A stretch of 22,551 nt of DNA from NCBI GenBank assembly GCA_040220235.1, contig JAVJTO010000161.1. One strand, written 5' to 3'. The DNA comes from Coleofasciculus sp. B1-GNL1-01 (GTDB taxonomy: Bacteria; Cyanobacteriota; Cyanobacteriia; Cyanobacteriales; Coleofasciculaceae). Shown in pieces: positions 9,001-16,496 of this stretch (its first letter is position 1; the number at the start of each line of letters is the position of its first letter). The position numbers and the translations under genes were made by a program. Below the pieces are notes generated by a model. The model saw only the letters and a list, made by a program, of their open reading frames with translations, ran no database searches and was not told where the DNA came from.

Positions 9001-9960
9001 AATTTGAGCAGCATTAACATCTCTATCTTCGACGTGCTTGCAGTCGGGATTAGAGCAAACATGAACTCTATCGCTCAAAGTCTTAGGCGTTAATTCCCAA
9101 CATTTAGCGCACCGTTGAGTTGGCTTGAGCGTCCTAGTTGGTGACTCAACATAAAACCCACCTGCCTCAGCCGATTTGTAGGTTAATAAATCACCGACTC
9201 TACCAAACCCAACGTCAAGAATAGACCGATTTAACCCGGCTTTTTGCTTCTTACGCTTACCCTTCTTTGCTTTCCGAGTCATACCCTTGACGTTTAACTG
9301 CTCACCACCGATTAGGCTATTACCGCTCACTATATCGCTGGTTACTTTGTGCAGCCAATTTTCCCGTTGTCGGGCTATCTTGCTCTGAAGTTTAGAGATG
9401 CGCTTGCGTTCCTTTTTCCATCGTCTCGATCCCTTAACTTTTTTGTTCCTATTAGGCGGTTTTTTACGTCTTAACCGCTTTGAGGCGGCTTTAACCTTCT
9501 TATGTCCCTCCTGAATAAAATCTGGTTTAGCGATTTTTTCGCCAGTTGAAAGCGTCACCGCGTCTTGGCAGCCAAGGTCGATTCCGATTGAACCCGTACC
9601 TGTTTGACGGATTGGGTTGCACTGCACAGTGATTGACGCATACCACAAACCATTTCTGAAAAAGATTGTGCAGGTTGTTGGAGTTCCCCAGGTCCTAGCT
9701 TGCCCCCGCATTTGAATCTTTAAACCAAGGTCTCTTAGTTCCAAGTAACCGTTTTTACCGTTAGATAAAGCCTTCCAACCTGCTTTGTCTGGATATGTCC
9801 AGCCACTATACCGCCGCTTGGCTTTGAACTTAGGATACTTGCCTAATCCTTTGAAAAATCGCTTATAGGCAAAATCAACCCGCTTTAATGTAGCTTGTAA
9901 CGTATGAGAACCTAATTCGGCATACTCAATCCAAACTTTCTTAAACTCAGGCAAACAGTT
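8863..9960 (-). CDS. tnpB: TnpB RNA-guided endonuclease, exon 2 (365 aa; spliced product 420 aa)
   Basis: Begins NCLPEFKKVW; RuvC motifs GIDLG, GEQLNV, DRDVNAA; Zn finger CAKC...CSNPDC; FPK/YPKFK linker; in frame with exon 1 after intron removal. Confidence 0.92.
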   Translation of the reverse strand, partial: NCLPEFKKVWIEYAELGSHTLQATLKRVDFAYKRFFKGLGKYPKFKAKRRYSGWTYPDKAGWKALSNGKNGYLELRDLGLKIQMRGQARTWGTPTTCTIFFRNGLWYASITVQCNPIRQTGTGSIGIDLGCQDAVTLSTGEKIAKPDFIQEGHKKVKAASKRLRRKKPPNRNKKVKGSRRWKKERKRISKLQSKIARQRENWLHKVTSDIVSGNSLIGGEQLNVKGMTRKAKKGKRKKQKAGLNRSILDVGFGRVGDLLTYKSAEAGGFYVESPTRTLKPTQRCAKCWELTPKTLSDRVHVCSNPDCKHVEDRDVNAAQINEIWARGLERTSSDAELPSSTDCGSMKQLGAQKRQKRRLQRSKSS

Positions 9961-11988
9961 ATTAAACTCAGCGAGACTGTCACCAGTCCCGCTGGTCTTC
10001 AAAACCGTGCGTGAAAGTTTCCTCTCACACGGCTCCTCAACGATAAGGTGCAAGTCAAGCATACCTCATTACCCATTTATCCTCGACTCTTTCGAGCCTT
10101 TTGGTGAGCTTAGGCTTGGCACTGTTACAGCCAGATTGGTTGCCGAGACTGCCATCTGTGACGGTCTTTGTGTCATGGCAATGTCTATGTAGAAGCTGCC
10201 AATTATCGTAGGAATCCTTTCCACCTTGCGACTTAGGGATTCTGTGGTCAACTTCCATCACATCGTTTTCACGGAAAATTAATCCGCAGTGAGTACATTT
10301 CCCTTTTTGCTTCTTCAACAATGTTGCCAGTGTCTTAGGCATTTCAGGGTTGTTACCCATCCTTGAACTCCAATAAACCAGGTTGCCGTTGTATGGGGAC
10401 GATTCGCCCTTAACCTTTACATAGCGCTTAATTGGTGTTTCGCTATGTTTTAGTAACCGCATCGGGTTATTACCTTTTTGCCTGGTTGCGAATACCCAGT
10501 TGTCGCCGTCTATGGATTGCCAATACTTCTTTGACACCCATTCCCCGGATTTTTTGGGGTGTCGGCGCTTTGCCCAAGCTCTGAGCTTCTGGTACATGAG
10601 GTAATCTTGGTCACAGTAAGCTACCTTACTTACTTGTGTTGCGTAGTAGTTAGCCCATCCCCGAATAATCGGGTTCAGTTTCTTAATTAGCGCCACTTGT
10701 GGCGCATTCCTGTGGGCGTTAATGACTTCCGCTATTTGTTCGTAGTGTACCTTCTGCTTATCCTTGCTTGGGGTGATGATTGGTTTGATTCCTAGCAATT
10801 TTCCATACTTATCTTTATCAGAGTGGTATTTACCCACCTTGTATTGACGTATAGTAAAACCAAGAAAGTCAAATCCTGGTTGTTCTTGCTCATACGGGTT
10901 GAGGGTGTGAGCAAGTCTTGTTTTGCTAGGTTTTAATTCCAAACCCATGTCTTTTAACCATTCCTGGATTATCTCCTTGCAACTTTGGACAACGGTTAAG
11001 TCTTCGTGGAGAATTACGAAGTCGTCGGCATATCTAATCACAGATGGAGGATAGAAGTCCTTTTTTTTCCCATTCTCGGAATATCCTCGTCTTGGGAATC
11101 TCTTTTTGATTAGATTTTCCATCCCGTGGAGGGCAATATTAGCCAATAACGGGGAGATGACCCCGCCCTGTGGCGTACCCTCAGTTGTTGGAAACAACTG
11201 CTTGTTATCCATCACTCCCGATTTTAGCCAAGCTCGAACTTGTCGGCGGATGGTAGGGAATGTATTCAGTTTGTTTAGCAGTGCTTCATGGTCGATTTGG
11301 TCAAAACATTTGGCAATATCGGCATCAAGGACGTATTTGCCCTTGAACTTGATTGCATTATATATAGCTTGAACCGCATCATGACATGAGCGTCCGGGTC
11401 TGAAACCGTATGAGTTAGCTTCAAATCGCGCCTCCCATTCTGGTTCTAGTGCCAGTTTGACAAGCGCTTGCAACGCTCGGTCGTTCATTGTGGGGATGCC
11501 TAATGGTCGCTTCTCATCCTTACCAGGTTTGGGAATCCATACTCGCCTGGTTGGGGCGACTTTTGAGCTTAATTTCAGATTGGCAATCAAGTTGAGACGC
11601 TGCTTTGGGGTCAGCGATTTAACGCCATCCACACCTGCCGTCTTCTTCCCTTGATTGTCTTGTGTTACCCGACGAACCGAGAGACATTTTGCCGCCCAAG
11701 ACTTCATCAACATCTTTTGGAGTCTGCGAGTTGTTTTCACATCACCACGCTGAGAGGCTTGATAGATTCTTTTCTGCAACTTAAAGACTTTACGCTCTAG
11801 CTTTTGCCAAGGTATTGTCTTCCATTCCACCGTAGTCTTTAAACTCGTCTTAGACATATATATTGCTACTAGAGACTCCATCTTCCTTATCATCGTGAGT
11901 CTGTTAGCATATCTCTCCTATTACAAGAGAGCTTTCGCTTTTAATCCTCTTTCCATTTCAGGAATAGTTTCTACCCAACGATTCGCAC
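9961..11988 (-). mobile_element. Group II intron (IIB, chloroplast-like class), 2028 nt, apparently lacking domain I
   Basis: 5' end GTGCGAATCGTT at 11988; domain V GAGCCGTGTGAGAGGAAACTTTCACGCACGGTTT (10035-10002, AGC triad, GAAA loop); domain VI CAGCGGGACTG-GTGA-CAGTCTCGCTG with bulged A at -8 (9968); 3' end AAT at 9961. Removal rejoins tnpB in frame. Confidence 0.92.
10055..11857 (-). CDS. Group II intron reverse transcriptase/maturase with HNH endonuclease (600 aa from the likely start MSKTS; ORF open to 11893)
   Basis: RT0 GKKTAGVDG, RPLGIPT, SYGFRPGRS, DADIAKCFD, GTPQGGVISPLLANI, RYADD, FDFLG; domain X LNPIIRGWANYY; HNH CTHCG...VDH...LLHRHCHD; no internal stops. Confidence 0.96.
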   Translation of the reverse strand: MSKTSLKTTVEWKTIPWQKLERKVFKLQKRIYQASQRGDVKTTRRLQKMLMKSWAAKCLSVRRVTQDNQGKKTAGVDGVKSLTPKQRLNLIANLKLSSKVAPTRRVWIPKPGKDEKRPLGIPTMNDRALQALVKLALEPEWEARFEANSYGFRPGRSCHDAVQAIYNAIKFKGKYVLDADIAKCFDQIDHEALLNKLNTFPTIRRQVRAWLKSGVMDNKQLFPTTEGTPQGGVISPLLANIALHGMENLIKKRFPRRGYSENGKKKDFYPPSVIRYADDFVILHEDLTVVQSCKEIIQEWLKDMGLELKPSKTRLAHTLNPYEQEQPGFDFLGFTIRQYKVGKYHSDKDKYGKLLGIKPIITPSKDKQKVHYEQIAEVINAHRNAPQVALIKKLNPIIRGWANYYATQVSKVAYCDQDYLMYQKLRAWAKRRHPKKSGEWVSKKYWQSIDGDNWVFATRQKGNNPMRLLKHSETPIKRYVKVKGESSPYNGNLVYWSSRMGNNPEMPKTLATLLKKQKGKCTHCGLIFRENDVMEVDHRIPKSQGGKDSYDNWQLLHRHCHDTKTVTDGSLGNQSGCNSAKPKLTKRLERVEDKWVMRYA

Positions 11989-12153
11989 CTGTTGCTCAAA
12001 ATAGTCAACAGAATGACCAAAACGCTTGTACTGCGTCCTCCGGTTAGCAATTGCCGCGTTATAGAGTTCGCCGTGCATTTTCCTAGCCCAATGAAGCTGG
12101 TCACATTGAGCCTTGTTTGGATAAATTCTATAGGTCACTCTACGTGTTTTCAT
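11989..12153 (-). CDS. tnpB: TnpB exon 1 (55 codons)
   Basis: MKTRRVTYRIYPNKAQ...LYNAAIANRR...SVDYFEQQ is a typical TnpB N-terminus (YRIYP, LYN). The ORF track's last residues VRIVG* are intron sequence. Confidence 0.9.
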
Positions 12154-12159
12154 GACTAT

Positions 12160-12168
12160 ATTTTACCA
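12160..12168 (-). promoter_or_regulatory. Putative extended -10 promoter of tnpB
   Basis: TGGTAAAAT (TGn-TAAAAT) six nt before the ATG; no Shine-Dalgarno sequence. Confidence 0.45.
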
Positions 12169-12285
12169 TAGAAATTTGACAAACTGCGGAATATTTAATT
12201 CCTAGTTTGTCTGCTATCCTTCCCCGACTTACTGTCGTTGAAGTCGGGGAATGCCGCAATTACGTTCAACAACCGTTACATCAAT

Positions 12286-12849
12286 TTAACGCTGATGCCG
12301 ACGACGCGCTCGATAAGAGGCGCGAACCCGCCGAATCAATGTCAATCCTAGGAAATAACTACAAATTCCACCAACCATCCCTACCGTAAAGCAGCCAACA
12401 AATAGCGTCCAGATAATCTCAGATCCTAACGCCTTGAACTCCTGCCAAGATCCGAGGCTAATATCGGTTAAGCTATTTTTCTGGAGTAGCCATTTCCCCA
12501 GATGGAAGTTAAATGCATAAATCGGCACATAAGTCAAGGGATTACTCACCCAAGTACCAGCCGCCGCGATAATTTTATTGCCGCGAAAGATCAGCGCTAG
12601 ACATATCCCTAAAATCGTTTGTAGTCCAAATAGGGGAAACAGCCCCGCAAACACACCACAGGCTAATCCGCGTGCGATCGCCTCTGGGGGTCCTTGTAGA
12701 CGAATCAAGCGCCAGTAACAGTATTGTAAGCGCCGTCGGAAACTGGGTCTGGCTTTGCGATTGCGATCAGGGAAAGGACGAATGGGTGCAGGTTTAACCT
12801 CTGATGATGAACAGTGGGGACGAGTTTGCAGGGAATTTCTAGACGACAT
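12286..12849 (-). CDS. DUF2062-family membrane protein
   Basis: PEAIARGLACGVFAGLFPLFGLQT and TWVSNPLTYVPIY motifs; hydrophobic helices. Confidence 0.88.
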   Translation of the reverse strand: MSSRNSLQTRPHCSSSEVKPAPIRPFPDRNRKARPSFRRRLQYCYWRLIRLQGPPEAIARGLACGVFAGLFPLFGLQTILGICLALIFRGNKIIAAAGTWVSNPLTYVPIYAFNFHLGKWLLQKNSLTDISLGSWQEFKALGSEIIWTLFVGCFTVGMVGGICSYFLGLTLIRRVRASYRARRRHQR

Positions 12850-13009
12850 ACAGGCTAGAGAAGAAACAGTTACAGCAAGGGCAGCACAAGATAATACACT
12901 TATCCTAACCGACCCGTGCGATCGCGATCGAGTTCCATGCGTTCTCCTTTGTTATTAGTCCTTTGTCCTTTTTTATTAATTCTTTATGCATCATTCATCA
13001 TCATTTCAA

Positions 13010-14122
13010 TCAGATGGTAATCGGTGAATCCACATAAATCGTCGGTTCATTCATCTTAAAGTTAATTCCATAGGCGAGTAACTGCTTGGAAATTTTGTCA
13101 TTAGCCAGTTCCAATAGGCGCTTCCGTAATTGAATAGAATTTTCGCTTGAACCCAGAATGAAAAACGTTACTCTAGCCCGCGTAGAGTTGTCCTCCAGTG
13201 AGGGGATTAAGGTAATATTTGTACTTCCCGGATCGATCCCGAATAAAGAATTCGTACTATCGGCAATAATTTGTTGAACTAAAGCCTTTTCTCGTTCTTC
13301 CAGAAGTTGAGAAAAATCCAAATAGAGTAACACCATCACCTTCTTACCTCGGGTGACATTTTCGATTTCCCAATTTGCCATCGTTGAATTCGGAACAATC
13401 AAAAGTGTGCTTTTAGCCGCCGTGCGAATTTTTGTAGACCGCAAACCAATCGATTCAACCCGACCAAACACTCCATCCGGTAAGCGAACATATTCTCCAG
13501 GAATAAATGGGCGGTCTAAATAAAGAACAATTGTCCCCAAAAGCTGCTCCAAAGTCTTTTGTGCCGCAAACGCGATCGCAATACCGCCAATCCCAAAACT
13601 GGCAAGTAAGCCGACTAAATTGACCTGTTGGCTTTGAGCAAATGCAACTACAGCAATAAATCCGATGATTACATTCGCTAGAGTCTCAAAAACCAGGAGC
13701 AATTCATCAACTTCTCGACCTAGTTTCCGCACTAATCCTATCCCATACACGCGCACAAATTGGCGAAATAAGCGAGAGGCTAACCACGCCACACTCACTG
13801 TTACGGCTAAATCCATAAAGGGACGAATGAAGTCATGCAGTCCCTGATATACTTCCAGCCAAGCCAGTGAGAATGAGAGTAATATTAAGGTTCCTGCAAA
13901 TTTAAACGTTTGTTGGAGTGGAGCGATCAAATTATCATAAATTTCCGTTCCTAGCTGAAGTGAAAATCGGTGAATAATCCAGCTTACCAGAATCGGTGTG
14001 TATCGACCCGCCAAAATAGAAAGGAGAGCAAAAATCAGGAAAATAACATAGTTGGGCAAATTTAAGGAGTACACAAACAGAGAAACATCACTAATCGTGT
14101 TAGGTATATCAGTTAACTTCAT
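13010..14122 (-). CDS. MscS-family mechanosensitive channel
   Basis: 370 aa; N-terminal TM helices, GIGGIAIAFAAQKTL, DRPFIPGEY, GRVESIGLRSTKIRT, VPNS. Confidence 0.92.
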   Translation of the reverse strand: MKLTDIPNTISDVSLFVYSLNLPNYVIFLIFALLSILAGRYTPILVSWIIHRFSLQLGTEIYDNLIAPLQQTFKFAGTLILLSFSLAWLEVYQGLHDFIRPFMDLAVTVSVAWLASRLFRQFVRVYGIGLVRKLGREVDELLLVFETLANVIIGFIAVVAFAQSQQVNLVGLLASFGIGGIAIAFAAQKTLEQLLGTIVLYLDRPFIPGEYVRLPDGVFGRVESIGLRSTKIRTAAKSTLLIVPNSTMANWEIENVTRGKKVMVLLYLDFSQLLEEREKALVQQIIADSTNSLFGIDPGSTNITLIPSLEDNSTRARVTFFILGSSENSIQLRKRLLELANDKISKQLLAYGINFKMNEPTIYVDSPITI

Positions 14123-14155
14123 CAGCGAGTACGGCTACTTTAGAAATCAGAATGG

Positions 14156-14257
14156 CTAGAGCGTCGGTCAAGTATTCCCAGAAACCGGGTTTCTCGTGAG
14201 GATGACAAATATCAACCTTTCACCCAAAGAAACCCGGTTTCTTGACCGATGTCCTAG
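14156..14257. mobile_element. 102-bp MITE bounded by CTAG, with internal AGAAACCGGGTTTCT inverted pair
   Basis: CTAGAGCGTCGGTCAAG ... CTTGACCGATGTCCTAG; internal AGAAACCGGGTTTCT / AGAAACCCGGTTTCT. Confidence 0.65.
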
Positions 14258-14417
14258 ACTGACACGACATATCGCATCTGTATTTTATATAATAAACTGT
14301 AATGCCTTGTATTTTAAAATTTAAGATCTCCATACAGAATAGCGAGCGAGACGCTCGCACTGTTGCCTCCTACCTTCTACCTTTTCCCTCCACCACAAAA
14401 CTTATTCAGAATGCCCT

Positions 14418-14576
14418 AAGTAGGTCGGCGGCAATAAACCTACCTATATTAAGTTCTGTAAATACACCTCAAACCCTTACAAATGACGTAGCTTGCTTCT
14501 CGCTTGCGCGAGTATGACGAATGACGAATGACAAATGACAATCTCAGCCGTTAACTTTTATTGTCCCCATCTACTT
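14418..14576. mobile_element. MITE-like repeat containing heptamer repeats
   Basis: AAGTAGGTCGGCGGCAATAAA ... TTTATTGTCCCCATCTACTT imperfect inverted ends; internal ATGACGA/ATGACAA units. Confidence 0.5.
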
Positions 14577-14578
14577 CC

Positions 14579-15661
14579 TTAGATCGTAATCGGTGAATCC
14601 ACATTAATGGTTTGTTCTTCGATGTCAAAGGCAATACCATATTCCTTGAGTTGCTTGGTGATATTTTGTTTGGCAATATCCAGGACTTGACGGCGCAACT
14701 CCATCGAGAATTCACCGGAACCCAGGATAAAAAAGTTAATTTGGGCTTCAGTCATTCCCGGCGATCCATCTTGGATAATATCTTTAAACGTGACATCTGT
14801 ACTGCGAGAGTCAATCCCAAAAATATCAATCGTGCTTTCTAAGATAACTTGGCGGATCAGCGATTTTTCTTGGTCGGGCATCGGACGATAGAAAATTAAT
14901 GAGATAATCGAAATAACCTTCTTAGCACCCGTGAAGTTTTCGATACTGACCTGAGTTAGCGAACTATTGGGAATCACCATTAACGTTCCTTTCCCAGAGG
15001 TGCGGATTTTGGTAGACCGCAGTCCAATGGATTCCACTCTGCCAAATGTGCCATCGGGTAAACCAATATAATCATCGACGACAAAGGGACGGTCAATATA
15101 AATTACAATACCACCAAGTAGCTGTTCCAGGGTTTTTTGCGCTGCAAACGCCACCGCCAATCCACCAATTCCCAAACTTGCCAACAAACCAAAAATATTG
15201 ATTTGATGAGTTTGGGCAAAGATAATGATGATGGTAACAATAATCAGTAAATTGACAACCAGTTTGGAAAGGAGTAATAATTCACTATTAACCTTCCGTC
15301 CACTTTGCAGGGTAGCGTTTAACAGATAGGCATCAAAAAACCGCTTGAATAACCGAGAGCCTAACAAACTCGCTGTAATCGCTAAAGTGAGACTGATGGG
15401 AAGTTCGATCAGCTTGATAAACTCTCGTCTGGCATAAGCGAGAAAAATAATATCGGTTAAGGTTAGACTCAGGACTAACCCGAGTAATTCTTTTTCCGGT
15501 TGAATCACCTTAGGATAGATATCCCTGAACCGTTCCCATAGCGAACCCAGCCAGCGAAAGGCAAACAAACCGCCCGCGATCGCGAAAATCCCGGCTAGTG
15601 CGAGTAAGATGAATGTTTTTAGGGTATCGAAATCCAGGAATCCTGGTAAGGCATCCAGCAT
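14579..15661 (-). CDS. MscS-family mechanosensitive channel (paralog; likely start 15661)
   Basis: GIGGLAVAFAAQKTLEQLLGG, DRPFVVDDY, GRVESIGLRSTKIRT; GGAG RBS before ATG 15661; shares the C-terminal VDSPITI with the downstream copy. Confidence 0.92.
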   Translation of the reverse strand: MLDALPGFLDFDTLKTFILLALAGIFAIAGGLFAFRWLGSLWERFRDIYPKVIQPEKELLGLVLSLTLTDIIFLAYARREFIKLIELPISLTLAITASLLGSRLFKRFFDAYLLNATLQSGRKVNSELLLLSKLVVNLLIIVTIIIIFAQTHQINIFGLLASLGIGGLAVAFAAQKTLEQLLGGIVIYIDRPFVVDDYIGLPDGTFGRVESIGLRSTKIRTSGKGTLMVIPNSSLTQVSIENFTGAKKVISIISLIFYRPMPDQEKSLIRQVILESTIDIFGIDSRSTDVTFKDIIQDGSPGMTEAQINFFILGSGEFSMELRRQVLDIAKQNITKQLKEYGIAFDIEEQTINVDSPITI

Positions 15662-15713
15662 AGGAATCTCCAATTTAAGCAATGAGCCGTGATGAACTAT
15701 TATGGCGTGCAGC

Positions 15714-16496
15714 TTACAGCTCCCCCAAACTCCTCGGTTCGTTAAAGATAACATAACCCACGCTCAACTCTTGGCTGGGCAGTTCTAAGTTAACCCCTTT
15801 CCCTTGCAAGAGGTTGCGCCAGTCTTCATCGGTAACGTGGGGCGAGTTAGCCAAACGAAGATTCGCTAAATGCGTTAATGCATCAAACCAAATTCGGTTG
15901 GCGACATAAACCTGATCCTCTCGCGGTTTAGCAGTATTGAGTTGATTCTCTAGGGTGGGAGTTAAAGGAATTCGCTGTATCCATCCTTGGGCAAAAACTG
16001 GACTAGCAGATTTGTCGCGATCGCAATACAGTGAAAAGTACCAGCGATACCAGTTACCCCTTTTCAGTGGTTCTTGAGTATCCGGAATGCTGAGACGAAC
16101 CAAACCCGGCGTTTGCGATAACTGAAACGGAAGTCGATAGACATCATTACCCGCTTCATCTTGCAACACAAACTCTCCCACAGGGGCTTGTTCTGGAGAA
16201 TAAGGAACATAAAACCACAATGTCGGGTGTGCCGCAACGGTTCTCCCCCAGTTCGATTCAGGAACTAACGCGGTTAGGGGAAAATCCATTGGGGGACACT
16301 TGCTACGACTTCCACCTCCAGTGCGGTTCCCACTTCTACCATCAGATTGAAAGTCAATAGTATCGTCATTTTCTTGGGCGAACACACCAGGCATAAGTAG
16401 TCCCGGAATGCTAGGAGACTCTGTGCCTAAGCCGGAGGGAACATAGCTCCAACTTATACTGTAGACGAATGGAATTAATAGGTGTTTAATCTTCAT
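15714..16496 (-). CDS. DUF928 domain protein, probably exported
   Basis: 260 aa; hydrophobic N-terminus, GNRTGGGSR-x-C, LTALVP, PTLWFYVPY, YRWYFSLYC, IWFDAL motifs. Confidence 0.85.
   Translation of the reverse strand: MKIKHLLIPFVYSISWSYVPSGLGTESPSIPGLLMPGVFAQENDDTIDFQSDGRSGNRTGGGSRSKCPPMDFPLTALVPESNWGRTVAAHPTLWFYVPYSPEQAPVGEFVLQDEAGNDVYRLPFQLSQTPGLVRLSIPDTQEPLKRGNWYRWYFSLYCDRDKSASPVFAQGWIQRIPLTPTLENQLNTAKPREDQVYVANRIWFDALTHLANLRLANSPHVTDEDWRNLLQGKGVNLELPSQELSVGYVIFNEPRSLGEL

Larger units (their letters stand above)
8858..12264 (-). mobile_element. IS200/IS605-family TnpB-only (IS1341-type) element carrying a group II intron
   Basis: Related subterminal hairpins: left 12220-12251 (11-bp stem TTCCCCGACTT/AAGTCGGGGAA) and right 8865-8893 (10-bp stem ACGACGACTT/AAGTCGTCGT) with near-identical loops. 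Right end finishes GTAGTTCAT at 8858. Left boundary uncertain: after TTGAA (12269-12265) or after TTGAT (12284-12280). No tnpA. Confidence 0.85.

Noticed and set aside
9941..9971. 10-bp direct repeat CTGAGTTTAA as a target duplication or alternative 3' splice site
   Set aside because: Group II introns make no target duplications. The second copy ends in AAG rather than AY and encodes plausible TnpB residues (PEFK). The bulged-A spacing supports 9961.
8863..10062. 399-aa ORF as the native full-length tnpB
   Set aside because: Its first 34 codons are intron DV/DVI; the true N-terminus is exon 1 at 12153-11989.
10055..11893. RT as part of a retron, DGR, CRISPR-RT or defence system
   Set aside because: It has domain X, HNH and adjacent DV/DVI, and sits in a precisely bounded intron. 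No template/variable repeat pair, msr-msd or cas genes are visible.
8858..12264. IStron (group I intron-IS chimera)
   Set aside because: No group I core is seen, and the nesting is the reverse: the intron is inside tnpB and the IS is intergenic.
11989..12400. Domain I located upstream of the assigned 5' end
   Set aside because: This region is fully explained by tnpB exon 1, the IS left end and DUF2062, and the GTGCG at 11988 gives an exact in-frame junction.
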